Notes: a model not told the origin generated them from the letters alone. A DNA stretch of 35,371 nt from an uncultured Actinomycetota bacterium (GCA_964483845.1 CAZADJ010000004.1:1-35371), one strand, 5' to 3'; shown: positions 24,760 to 33,373, numbered from the stretch's first letter. A program made the numbers and translations.

Positions 24760-25485
24760 ATGCCGGACCGGATCGAGACGCTCCCCGACCACGTCGCCGT
24801 CGCCGTGGACGACCCGGACCGCGCCGCCGACTGGTGGTGCGAGCACCTCGGCGCCGGCCTCGTCAGCCGCTTCGACAACCCGACGTTCTCCGGGCGCCAG
24901 CTGCGTCTCGCCAACGGAGCGAAGCTGGAGCTGCTGGCGCCGCCGGTCGACGGCGGCGGCTTCGTCGCCGCGTTCCTCGAGCGGTTCGGGACCCGCGTGC
25001 ACCACGTGACCCTGAAGGTCGCCGACCTCGCCGCTGCGATCTCGGCGGTGGAGTCGGCGGGGCTCGACGTCGTCGACGTCCGCGACGACCTCGACCACTG
25101 GAAGGAGGGCTTCCTCCGCCCGTCGCAGGTCGGCGGTCTCGTGGTCCAGATCGCGGAGACGCCGTGGAGCGACGAGGACTGGGCGACGGCCCGCGGGCAG
25201 GACCAGGAGCGGCCCGCCGCCGACGGCGCGACCCTGCTCGGACCGACCCTCGGACACCCCGACCTGCCCACCGCGGCCCGGATCTGGTCGCTCCTCGGTG
25301 GTCGGGTCGAGGAGGTCGAGGACGGCCTGGCGGTGTCCTGGGCGGACGCGCCGCTCGGGCTGCGCATCGTCACCGCGCCCCGCGCCGGGCCACTCGCCCT
25401 GCGGATCGACGGGGTCGACGCCGAGGCCGCGGGGATCGGAGAGCGACCGCGGCCCGGGATCCACCCGCGGCTGCGGACGGGGTGA
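24760..25485 (+). CDS. VOC (glyoxalase / bleomycin-resistance / dioxygenase fold) family protein
   Basis: Start is ATG 24760 with GGAGGG RBS (24746-24751). LPDHVAVAVDDPDRAADWWCEHLGAGL...VHHVTLKVADLAAAISAVESAGLDVV is typical of the VOC beta-alpha-beta-beta-beta module. The longer track ORF upstream is an artefact. Confidence 0.75.
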   Translation: MPDRIETLPDHVAVAVDDPDRAADWWCEHLGAGLVSRFDNPTFSGRQLRLANGAKLELLAPPVDGGGFVAAFLERFGTRVHHVTLKVADLAAAISAVESAGLDVVDVRDDLDHWKEGFLRPSQVGGLVVQIAETPWSDEDWATARGQDQERPAADGATLLGPTLGHPDLPTAARIWSLLGGRVEEVEDGLAVSWADAPLGLRIVTAPRAGPLALRIDGVDAEAAGIGERPRPGIHPRLRTG

Positions 25486-25487
25486 CG

Positions 25488-26372
25488 TCAGCGTCCCCGT
25501 ACCTCGATGTGGACGTGCGGGTGCCGTCCCGCGAAGCGGTCGATCTGCGAGGCGAACGGGAACTGCGTGGCGTGATCGGCGAGCACCGTCTCCCCCGCGC
25601 TGACGCGGTCACCAACGCGGACGTGCGCTCCGGTGACGTGGAGCACCGTCACGAGCATCGACGTGTCGGCTGCCGGCACGATCCGGATGCGCACGTCCGG
25701 GTACCGCCCGTACAGCGCGTAGCGCTTCACCTCGACGACGCGACCGGACACGGGTGCCATCACCGGGGTGTCGGGGAGGACCGCGACGTCGACCGCGGAG
25801 CGGCGCCCGGTCGGGCGACCGCGCGACGGCAGGATCGTCATGTCGACGAGGCTCGCGTTGTGCGAGCTCATCTGCCGGGCCGGCGCGAACGAGGCCTGGT
25901 GGAAGCCGACCAGGACCGTGCGGTACGAGGGCAGTCGCATCTCGACCCCGGCGACGGACGCGAACACCGGCAGCGCCCGCGCATGAGCCTCGGAGAGGCG
26001 CGACACGGCGTCGCCGTCGATCCGCTCACCCAGATCCACGTCGAGCACCTCCGCCGCCCCGCGGATGTCTTCCGACCCGATGCCGCCGGCAGCGCGACTG
26101 CCGAGGTCGTCGACGACCCGCGTCGCGTCGGCGACGGCGGCCCGACCCAACGCGAGCCGGGCCTCGAGCCGCGGGACGACGGGTGCGCGCACAGGCGCGG
26201 CGACCCGAGCTGGGTGCGTGCGCGCCGACCGCCCGACGGCGTCCGGGACCGACGCCCCGTCGCTGCCGACCGCTGCGGTGCCGACGAAGGCCGGCGCGAC
26301 GACCCCGAGCAACCCGACGGCGAGCAGCGTGAACGTGCGTCTCGCGCCGTAGGTCCGGCGCAGGTACCTCAT
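25488..26372 (-). CDS. Secreted or membrane-anchored LytM/M23-like protein, paralog 1
   Basis: 294 aa with an ATG start, a GGGGGAA RBS and signal/anchor TFTLLAVGLLGVVAPAFVG. The C-terminal region SAVDVAVLPDTPVMAPVSGRVVEV...VLHV...GRHPHVHIEV resembles the M23 fold (HxH retained). Confidence 0.7.
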   Translation of the reverse strand: MRYLRRTYGARRTFTLLAVGLLGVVAPAFVGTAAVGSDGASVPDAVGRSARTHPARVAAPVRAPVVPRLEARLALGRAAVADATRVVDDLGSRAAGGIGSEDIRGAAEVLDVDLGERIDGDAVSRLSEAHARALPVFASVAGVEMRLPSYRTVLVGFHQASFAPARQMSSHNASLVDMTILPSRGRPTGRRSAVDVAVLPDTPVMAPVSGRVVEVKRYALYGRYPDVRIRIVPAADTSMLVTVLHVTGAHVRVGDRVSAGETVLADHATQFPFASQIDRFAGRHPHVHIEVRGR

Positions 26373-26427
26373 CCGTTCCCCCGTGGCACGGAACGCGCCG
26401 TCTCACGGACGCGCCGTCGGTCGTCGA

Positions 26428-27378
26428 TCAGGGCGAGCTGACTTCGATGTGGACGTGGGGCAGCCGCCCCGCGAAGCGGTCGATCTGCGAGCTGAACGGG
26501 AACGCCGTCGCCGTCCCCGCCACCGGGGTCTCACCGGCCGCCACCGTGTCCCCGGCCGTGACGGTCGGGTCGCTGACGTGGAGGAGGCTGACCACCAGAT
26601 CCGGGTGCCCGTCGGGCACGATGCGGATGCGCACGTCGGGGTACCGCCCGTACAGGGCGTAGTGGCCGACCTCGACGACCTCGCCGGAGACCGGGGCGAC
26701 GATCTCCTCACCCTCGGGGACGGAGATGTCGGCCGCCGAGCGCCGGGGCGTCCCACGACCGCGCGACGGGAGCGTCATCATCGCGACGTCCTCGACCGGG
26801 TCCAGCTGGCGCGCGGCCGGGTCCCACGACTGGTGGAAACCGACGAGGACGGTCTCGTGCGACGGCGCGCGGAGCTCGAGCCCGCCGACCGCGGCGAAGC
26901 GCGGGGTCCGCGCCCGCTCCTCCGCGCGCTCCTCGGTCGCCTCGACCATGCGCTGGAGATCGAACGGCCCGAGGAGCGCCCCCACGGGCAGCCCGAGGCG
27001 CTCCGCGACGTTGCCCAGCCCCTGAGGGACCGTCCGATCCTCACCACCCCCGAACGCGGCGAGCACGAGCGCGGCCCGGTCCCGGTAGGCCGCGAGCAGC
27101 GTCTCGGCGTCGTCGGCGGTGATGTCGTCGCCGAGCCGGATGCCGAGGGACGCCGCCGCGCGGCGCAGATCGCCGTCCTCCACGCGCGGACCGAAGTCGA
27201 AGTCGACGGTGGTGAGGAGACCCTCGAGATCCGCACGGTGCGGCTCCCACGCCGCGGCCGCGTCCTCCGCGTCGGCGAACGACGCGTCCGGCGTCGCCAA
27301 CAGCAGCCCTGAGATGATCAGGAGGGTCAGCAGCGTCGTGATCGTCGTGGTGACGAGGCGGCGTGCGTGTCTGCGCAT
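26428..27378 (-). CDS. Secreted or membrane-anchored LytM/M23-like protein, paralog 2
   Basis: 316 aa with signal/anchor LVTTTITTLLTLLIISGLLLA. The C-terminal domain is collinear with paralog 1 (VLVGFHQ, LPSRGR, APVSGEVVEV, YALYGRYPDVRIRIVP, SQIDRFAGRLPHVHIEV). An identical 24-nt stretch occurs at 25528-25551 and 26468-26491. Confidence 0.7.
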   Translation of the reverse strand: MRRHARRLVTTTITTLLTLLIISGLLLATPDASFADAEDAAAAWEPHRADLEGLLTTVDFDFGPRVEDGDLRRAAASLGIRLGDDITADDAETLLAAYRDRAALVLAAFGGGEDRTVPQGLGNVAERLGLPVGALLGPFDLQRMVEATEERAEERARTPRFAAVGGLELRAPSHETVLVGFHQSWDPAARQLDPVEDVAMMTLPSRGRGTPRRSAADISVPEGEEIVAPVSGEVVEVGHYALYGRYPDVRIRIVPDGHPDLVVSLLHVSDPTVTAGDTVAAGETPVAGTATAFPFSSQIDRFAGRLPHVHIEVSSP

Positions 27379-27551
27379 GGGCCTTCTCGGGATCGGCTGG
27401 GCTCGGGTGGTGAGGCCGCGCCCCGACCGTTCGGACGAGGTGCCCCTGATCGTTCGTCGCGTGTCCGGCCGGCGAGGCTACCGATGACCGCGGGAGCTGA
27501 CGAACGCGACGGCGGGGCCCGTCCGCTGACCGCGCGCGGCACCCGCGACGG

Positions 27552-30500
27552 TCAGCCGCGGTTCCCGCGAGCGAACATCGCCGCGCGGAGCCCCGCCGGG
27601 TCGTCGCGGCTCCGTGCCGCCCGCGGCGGCGGACCGGAACGGGTGAGCGCACGGCGGAGCTCACCGCGCCGCCACGCACGCCAGAGCACCGTGAGATCCC
27701 ACGCCCGCCCCCCGAGCAGGGTGGCCCCCCGGGGGCCGTTGCGGCGCAAGCGGCCCTCGACCACGACGAGCCAGGCGTTCAGCACGGTCCAGGCGTGCTC
27801 GTCCAGTGCGCGCTCGAAGAAGTTGCACTGGACGGTGCCGGTGCGGTCGTCCAGGGAGAGGAACAGCACCCGCTGCCCGGACCGGACCGGCGGGGACTGC
27901 AGCGCGGCCCGGACCCCGGCGACACGGATGTGCTCGCCGTGGTGGTGGTCGAGGAGCTCGTGGGCGCGCACCACCCCGAGTGCGGCGAGCAGCGGCTCGT
28001 AGAAGCTGACGACGTGGGCGCTGATGTCGAGCCCGGTCGCCGCCAGCTCATCGCGGACGGCGTCGGCGAGGCTCGCGGCGGGCAGCTTCGGGCGGTGGTC
28101 GGCGTGGACGTCGAAGGCTGTCTGGGTGACGCGGCGCTCGGCGTCGCGGCGCCGGGACGCACCGGTCCAGCGCTCCTCGACCTCGAGCAGCAGCCGGCGA
28201 CGACCGGTCGGTCCCACCCCGGCGAGTCCGTCGAGCGCGCCGGCACGTACGAGGGTCTCCGCGGTCGGTCGCGAGACCCCGCCGCGACGGCGCAGATCGG
28301 CGAGCGAGGAGAACGGGCGCGCCGCGACGAGCCGCTCGCGCTCGGCGGCGCTCATCCCCTTCACGTCGCCGAGCCCGACGCGGATCGCCCACCGCTGCGG
28401 CCGACCGGCCGGGCTCCCGCCGACGGTCCCGAGGTCGAGCCCGCCGGGCGGGAGCGGGCGTCGCTCCCCCGGCGTCCACCCGGGCGGGAGCTGATCGCCG
28501 TCGAGCCCGAGGCGCTGGTCGGCGTCGGCCGCGTCGACGCGCTCGACCGTGTAGGCCGCGTCCGAGACGTTCACGTCGGGACCGAGCGCCACGATGCCGA
28601 ACTGGCGCGCCTCGTCCAGCAGCAGCCGGCGGGGGTACATCCCCGGGTCGTGGGTGAGCAGCCCGGCGGTGAGCTCCGGGAGGTACCACCGCTTCAGCCA
28701 GGCGGAGCGGTAGGTCGGGACCGCGAAGGCCGCGGCGTGCGCCTTGCAGAACCCGAACGAGGCGAACGAGGCCACCTGCCCCCAGATCGCCTCGGCCGCC
28801 CCACGCGCGAACCCGCGGTCGCGGGCGCGGGCGAGCGCCCACGCGCGCAGCGCCGGCAGCCGCGCCTCGTCGGCGAGCTGGCGGCGGACGAGGTCGGCGC
28901 GCGACAGATCACAGCCGGTGAGCGCCGCGACGACGCGCATCACCTGCTCGTGGTAGACGACGACCCCGAAGGTCTCGGCGAGCGCCGGTGCCAGGCGAGG
29001 GTGGAGGGCCGGGGGCGGCTCCGCGCCGGTGCGCCTCGCCACGTACGGCCCGACCATGTCCGCCTTCACCGGACCGGGTCGGAACAGCGAGATCTCCACG
29101 ACGAGATCGTCGAAGCGGTCCGGCTGGAGGCGGCCGAGCAGCTCGCGTTGACCCGGCGACTCCACCTGGAAGACCCCGACCGACCGGGTCGTGCGCAGCA
29201 GCTCGTAGGTCGCCGGGTCCTCCGCGGGGATGGCGTTCACGTCGAGGTCCTCCCCCCGGGTGGTCGGGAGGAGGTCGATGGTGTGGCGCATCGCCGAGAG
29301 CAGCCGCACGCCGAGGACGTCCAGCTTCAGCAGGCCGAGCGCGGCGACGTCGTCCTTGTCGAACTGGACCATGGAGAACCCGTTCGCCGAGCGCTCGACC
29401 GGGGTGCGGTCGAGCAGGTCGGTGTCGGCGAGGACGATCCCGCAGGGGTGGAGGGCGAGGTGGCGAGGGAAGCCGTCGATGCGCTCGACGACCTGCAGGA
29501 GGGTCTCGAGTTGGCCGGCGTCGATCCGGGAGTCGGCGAGTTCGGGCAGGGCGCGCACGGCAGCGCGCACGTCGCGGGCACGGACGCGACGGAACGCCTT
29601 CGCGACGAGATCGATCTCGCCCTCCGGCAGACCGAGGACCTTGCCGACCTCGCGCACCGCCGAACGCGCCTGGAACGTCTCCACCATCGCGACGCAGGCG
29701 GTGCGGTCGGTGCCGTAGCGATCGATGATCGCCCGGTAGACGTCCTCGCGACGGGCGGACTCCACGTCGAGGTCGATGTCGGGGAGCTCGTCACGGTGCG
29801 GGTTCATGAAGCGCTCGAAGACGAGGTCGCCCGCGACCGGATCGACGTCGCTGATGCGCAGCGCGTAGCAGATGAGGCTCCCCGCGGCCGAGCCCCGACA
29901 GGCACAGAGCACCCCCATCGCCCGGACCTCGGCGACGATGTCGGCGACGGCGAGGAAGTAGTCGTGGAGGCCGAGCCGGTCGACCATCGCGATCTCCGCC
30001 TCGAGCCGCTCCCGCACCGCGTCGGTGACCGTCGCGTACCGCGCGGCGAGGCCGGCCTCACAGCGCTCCCGCAGCGCCCGGGCGGCGGCGACGTCGTCGA
30101 GTCCGGTCAGGCGCGGTGCGTGCGGTCCCCGGCGCAGGCCCAGGTCCACGACGTGCGTCTCGGCGAGCCGCTGCGCGTTCGCCAACAGCTCGGGGCGGTC
30201 GGCGAACAGCGGGATGCGCGCCATCTCCTCCGCGGGCTTGAACCACGCCTCGGCGGTGGTGCGCCGCACGTGATGGGCACCGATCGGGACCTGCCCACGG
30301 ACGCAGGCGAGCACGTCGGCGAGCGCCACGTCGACCTCGTCGAGGTAGCGGACGTCGTTCACCGCCACCGCGGTGAGTCCGAGCCGGTCCGCGAGGGAGA
30401 GCATCGCCGTGGCACGACGGTCGTCCCCCCGGGCGAGGTGGTGGCGGACGGCGACGACGACGTGCTCGGGACCGAAGGCCTCGGTCCAGCGTGAGGCCTC

Positions 30501-31076
30501 GTCCGCCGCCGCGTCCGGCCGCCCGGCGGCGAGCAGCCGCCCGACCGGCGAGTCGGCACCGAGCAGCGCGGTCACCCCCCGCGCGTGGTGCGCCGCGTCC
30601 TTCCAGTCGAGGTGCGGCGCGCTCCGGGCCTCACGGTGCGCCGCGGAGACCATCCGGCAGAGCTCGCCGTAGCCGCGCCGATCACGCGCGAGCAGGGTGA
30701 CGCGCGCGGCGTCGTCCTCGAGCCACGCCGGCCCCTCCCCCGGCCGCCGCCGCCGCGGGTCCCCACCGTCGTCTCCCGTGGGGAGGCGCTCGCGACCGGG
30801 GCGGGTGATCGCCCAGCCGGGCCGGGCGAGGTCCGGCTCCAGCGCGAGGTCGGCGCCGACCACCGGGGTGACGCCGACGTCCTCGCAGGCCAGCGCGGTG
30901 CGCACCGCCCCGTACAGTCCGTCGCGATCGGTGACCGCGACGTGGCTCATCCCGGCGTCGGCCGCGGCCTCGGCGAGCTCGCGGGGACGGATCGTCCCGT
31001 TCCGCAGCGAGTAGGAGGTGCGCACCGTGAGGTGCGCGAACGGCACGGTCATCGTGAGCCACCCGACATGAGCCAC
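27552..31076 (-). CDS. dnaE2: Error-prone DNA polymerase III alpha-like subunit DnaE2 (ImuC)
   Basis: About 1170 aa with a PHP N-terminus, a Pol III alpha core (DIDLDVESARREDVYRAIIDRYG...ARSAVREVGKVLG) and a terminal OB fold (IRVAGVRAALQSPPVRSGQRVLFLSLDDRTGTVQ). There is no tau-binding extension. An SOS box lies immediately upstream. The alternative start ATG at 31052 (MTVPFAHL...) is at least as plausible as GTG at 31076. Confidence 0.88.
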   Translation of the reverse strand: MAHVGWLTMTVPFAHLTVRTSYSLRNGTIRPRELAEAAADAGMSHVAVTDRDGLYGAVRTALACEDVGVTPVVGADLALEPDLARPGWAITRPGRERLPTGDDGGDPRRRRPGEGPAWLEDDAARVTLLARDRRGYGELCRMVSAAHREARSAPHLDWKDAAHHARGVTALLGADSPVGRLLAAGRPDAAADEASRWTEAFGPEHVVVAVRHHLARGDDRRATAMLSLADRLGLTAVAVNDVRYLDEVDVALADVLACVRGQVPIGAHHVRRTTAEAWFKPAEEMARIPLFADRPELLANAQRLAETHVVDLGLRRGPHAPRLTGLDDVAAARALRERCEAGLAARYATVTDAVRERLEAEIAMVDRLGLHDYFLAVADIVAEVRAMGVLCACRGSAAGSLICYALRISDVDPVAGDLVFERFMNPHRDELPDIDLDVESARREDVYRAIIDRYGTDRTACVAMVETFQARSAVREVGKVLGLPEGEIDLVAKAFRRVRARDVRAAVRALPELADSRIDAGQLETLLQVVERIDGFPRHLALHPCGIVLADTDLLDRTPVERSANGFSMVQFDKDDVAALGLLKLDVLGVRLLSAMRHTIDLLPTTRGEDLDVNAIPAEDPATYELLRTTRSVGVFQVESPGQRELLGRLQPDRFDDLVVEISLFRPGPVKADMVGPYVARRTGAEPPPALHPRLAPALAETFGVVVYHEQVMRVVAALTGCDLSRADLVRRQLADEARLPALRAWALARARDRGFARGAAEAIWGQVASFASFGFCKAHAAAFAVPTYRSAWLKRWYLPELTAGLLTHDPGMYPRRLLLDEARQFGIVALGPDVNVSDAAYTVERVDAADADQRLGLDGDQLPPGWTPGERRPLPPGGLDLGTVGGSPAGRPQRWAIRVGLGDVKGMSAAERERLVAARPFSSLADLRRRGGVSRPTAETLVRAGALDGLAGVGPTGRRRLLLEVEERWTGASRRRDAERRVTQTAFDVHADHRPKLPAASLADAVRDELAATGLDISAHVVSFYEPLLAALGVVRAHELLDHHHGEHIRVAGVRAALQSPPVRSGQRVLFLSLDDRTGTVQCNFFERALDEHAWTVLNAWLVVVEGRLRRNGPRGATLLGGRAWDLTVLWRAWRRGELRRALTRSGPPPRAARSRDDPAGLRAAMFARGNRG

Positions 31077-31090
31077 CCGATGTGGGCACG

Positions 31091-31118
31091 TAGTATCCGA
31101 ACTCGTGTTCGGATACTA
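31091..31118. promoter_or_regulatory. SOS box embedded in a perfect 28-bp palindrome TAGTATCCGAAC-tcgt-GTTCGGATACTA
   Basis: 12-bp arms with a 4-nt centre. The core CGAAC-N4-GTTCG is at 31098-31111. The outer TAGTAT arms are -10-like on either strand. The palindrome lies 15 nt upstream of the longest dnaE2 ORF. Confidence 0.75.
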
Positions 31119-31128
31119 CCGGATGAGG

Positions 31129-31782
31129 TCAGGCGGCGGCATCCCCGACGATCGGATCCGTGAGGCTGACCTCCTCGGCGTCGAGGCGCTCGCGGACGTC
31201 CGCGGCGCAGGCCGCGTCAGCCCCGACGAAGGTGTCGGCCAGGTCGACGTCCGTCGCGACGCACCAGGCACGGTCCAGCGGCCACCACAGGTTCGGGCCC
31301 TGGTAGCCCGGCTCCGCCACGAACGATGCTGCCGCGGCGCCGATCGGACCGCGGAGCAGCACGTAGGACCGTCCCGGGTGGCGCAGCCGCACGGCGCCCG
31401 GCCAGTGGACCTCCGCCTCGAGGCCGCCCCACCCCTCCCAGACGGCGAAGCGACAGTCCTCCGGTGTGTTCGTGTGTCCGCGGAGCACCTCGACGAGTCC
31501 CGCCGCCCGCTCCGGCGGCAGCGACCCTCCCGTCGCGCGCCGGTCGTCCCCGTGCCCGACGCGCACGTACGCACCGAAGCCGAACGGGACGACCGCGCCC
31601 ACCGGGACGCGCCCGTCGCCCCTCGCATCCCACGGCAGCAACCGCGGCGCGATCCACCGGGCCGCGGTCGCCTCGTACGCTGCGACCACCGCCGGCGGAC
31701 CCGGCGAGCGCCCGCCGTCCGCCGTCGACGTCCGCGCATCGAACACCTCGCGGGCGTCCCTCGCACCGCTCCAGCCACCCAT
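31129..31782 (-). CDS. Conserved hypothetical protein
   Basis: The C-terminal two-thirds of the 420-aa track ORF has normal composition (for example EDCRFAVWEGWGGL, GRSYVLLRGPI, GPNLWWPLDRAWCVATDVDLADTFVG). ATG 31780-31782 (MGGWSG...) is the most plausible start, with ATG at 31827 as an alternative. I did not recognise a family. Confidence 0.55.
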   Translation of the reverse strand: MGGWSGARDAREVFDARTSTADGGRSPGPPAVVAAYEATAARWIAPRLLPWDARGDGRVPVGAVVPFGFGAYVRVGHGDDRRATGGSLPPERAAGLVEVLRGHTNTPEDCRFAVWEGWGGLEAEVHWPGAVRLRHPGRSYVLLRGPIGAAAASFVAEPGYQGPNLWWPLDRAWCVATDVDLADTFVGADAACAADVRERLDAEEVSLTDPIVGDAAA

Positions 31783-31950
31783 GTCCCGGAGACCACCCTG
31801 ACAACGCGACCACGACGATCCGTGCATCGACCCTACTGTGACGCAACCGCGTCCGTCCGGTCGACGTCCCACCTGACGGAGCACCCACCGGTGCGCCGGC
31901 CGGCGATGTCCCCGACGCTGGTGGGACCGACGATCAGGAGGACACCGACC

Positions 31951-32457
31951 ATGCCGATCCGGACCGCACACGCGCTGGTGTTCGCCCTGCTCGTCGTGCT
32001 CGCGGCGTGCGCGGAGCCGTCCCCGCCCGCGATCGACGCCCCCGACGACGGGCCACCCGCGGACGCCTCGGAGGACGTCGTCGAGGAGGAGACCGACGCG
32101 GGCACCGTCGCCGCCGAGCTCACAGCCGATCCGACGACGGTCGACCCCGGCGAGCCGGTCGAGATCGTCGTCGTGAACCACGGCGAGGTGCAGCTCGGCT
32201 ACGGCCGCCCGATCACCGTCGAGCGGTGGGACGGCGCCGAGTGGGTCGAGACCGACGGGTCCCGCGAGTCGGTCTGGACGATGGAGCTGCTGATGCTGCC
32301 GCCCGGACGGACCGGCGTGGTCCAGACCTGGCCGTTCTCCGAGGACGACGCGCCGGCGGCGGGCTGGTACCGCTTCACGAAGTCGGTCCACGCCGAGTCC
32401 GGGGAGGAGCGGTCGGCCGAACTCGTGATCCGGGCCCGTGTGCGCGTCGACGGCTAG
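31951..32457 (+). CDS. Small lipoprotein (168 aa)
   Basis: ATG 31951 is preceded by AGGAGGA (31936-31942). The signal peptide MPIRTAHALVFALLVVLAAC has an L-A-A-C lipobox, followed by an acidic linker and a beta-rich domain. The upstream part of the 450-aa track ORF is an artefact. Confidence 0.75.
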   Translation: MPIRTAHALVFALLVVLAACAEPSPPAIDAPDDGPPADASEDVVEEETDAGTVAAELTADPTTVDPGEPVEIVVVNHGEVQLGYGRPITVERWDGAEWVETDGSRESVWTMELLMLPPGRTGVVQTWPFSEDDAPAAGWYRFTKSVHAESGEERSAELVIRARVRVDG

Positions 32458-32569
32458 CCCGACCCCATCCCCACGGGAGACCCGGGGTCCACTACGACCC
32501 TCAGGGATGGATGCTGCTCAGCGCCCGTCAGCGGGACCGCAGCAGCACCCATCGCAGGCTGACCCGCCA

Positions 32570-33373
32570 TCAGGTCCCGACGTCGCGCCGCCGGAAGCTC
32601 GCGAGCCCGGCGACCACCAGCACGAGGATCGCCACGAGCAGCGCCGTCGCGTGTCCGGCGTGGAGGCCGTCCTGCAGCGGCTGCCCACCGCGGTAGAGGT
32701 AGAACGGCGAGGCCGGCCGGACCGGCTCCAGCCAGTCGACGATCGGTGCGAACGAGTCGAGCACGTAGCCCAGGACGCCCACCCCGGCACTCACACCGAT
32801 CGCGACCCCGCGACGGCCCGTCGCCGCCCCGACGGCGAGCGCGAGCGCGGCGAACAGCAGCGTGAGCAGCAGCAGCGACACGTGGATGGCGGCGAGCCCG
32901 CCGGCGGGTGGAGCGAGGTCGACGATCGGACGGGCCGCGGCGAGCACCACCCAGTGGACGAGGACGAGCGCGGCGACGAGCAGCGCGATCGCGGCCGCCC
33001 GCTCGAGCAGCACGCGCGTCCGCGACACCGGCTGTGCGACGAGCAGCTCCAGGGTCCCGCGGTCCTCGTCCCCGGCGATCGCCGCCGCCCCGGCGCCGAC
33101 GGCGAAGATGAGGAGCACCAGCGGGGTGATCAGCGCGAAGAGCTGGCTGTCGAGGTAGCCGGCCGGCGAGAAGAGATCGTCGATCTCGGCCAGGCCGAAG
33201 GCGGCCATCATCCCCTCCGGCATCTGCTCCATGAGCCGCTCGAGCTCGGGGGCGTCGGGGACCATCGGCCAGAACGCGATGACCATCCCGGCGAGCGCCG
33301 CGACGCCGACGGACCACCCGATCATCGAGCGACGGCGCTCGTGGAGCGCTCGTCCCAGGACGCTACCCAGCAC
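32570..33373 (-). CDS. ABC-2 type transporter permease
   Basis: 267 aa with six predicted hydrophobic spans. The GTG start overlaps the upstream ATPase gene by 11 nt. Confidence 0.8.
   Translation of the reverse strand: MLGSVLGRALHERRRSMIGWSVGVAALAGMVIAFWPMVPDAPELERLMEQMPEGMMAAFGLAEIDDLFSPAGYLDSQLFALITPLVLLIFAVGAGAAAIAGDEDRGTLELLVAQPVSRTRVLLERAAAIALLVAALVLVHWVVLAAARPIVDLAPPAGGLAAIHVSLLLLTLLFAALALAVGAATGRRGVAIGVSAGVGVLGYVLDSFAPIVDWLEPVRPASPFYLYRGGQPLQDGLHAGHATALLVAILVLVVAGLASFRRRDVGT

Noticed and set aside
25481-25492. Palindrome TGACGTCA formed by the convergent stop codons of the VOC gene and LytM-like paralog 1 (2-nt gap); considered as a regulatory site
   Set aside because: It is only 8 bp, and GACGTC-containing words are common here because of GAC-GTC (Asp-Val) codon usage. 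It is most simply a coincidence of two stop codons.
27795-30494. 899-aa plus-strand ORF antisense to dnaE2
   Set aside because: It has no motifs and artefact composition, and the opposite strand encodes an unmistakable Pol III alpha-type protein.
27552-31076. Whether this is the replicative dnaE1 rather than dnaE2
   Set aside because: The protein ends right after the OB-fold region, with no tau/beta-binding C-terminal extension. It has DnaE2-like motifs (ARSAVREVGKVLG) and an SOS box upstream. A homology search should confirm the call.
32461-32550. GC-rich hairpins (for example GACCCC...GGGGTC at 32461-32489 and TGCTGCT...AGCAGCA at about 32512-32547) between the convergent lipoprotein and ABC permease genes, as intrinsic terminators. 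A similar hairpin lies at about 23243-23260.
   Set aside because: The stems are short or imperfect and lack a U-tract. I cannot compute stability here, so I do not report them as terminators.
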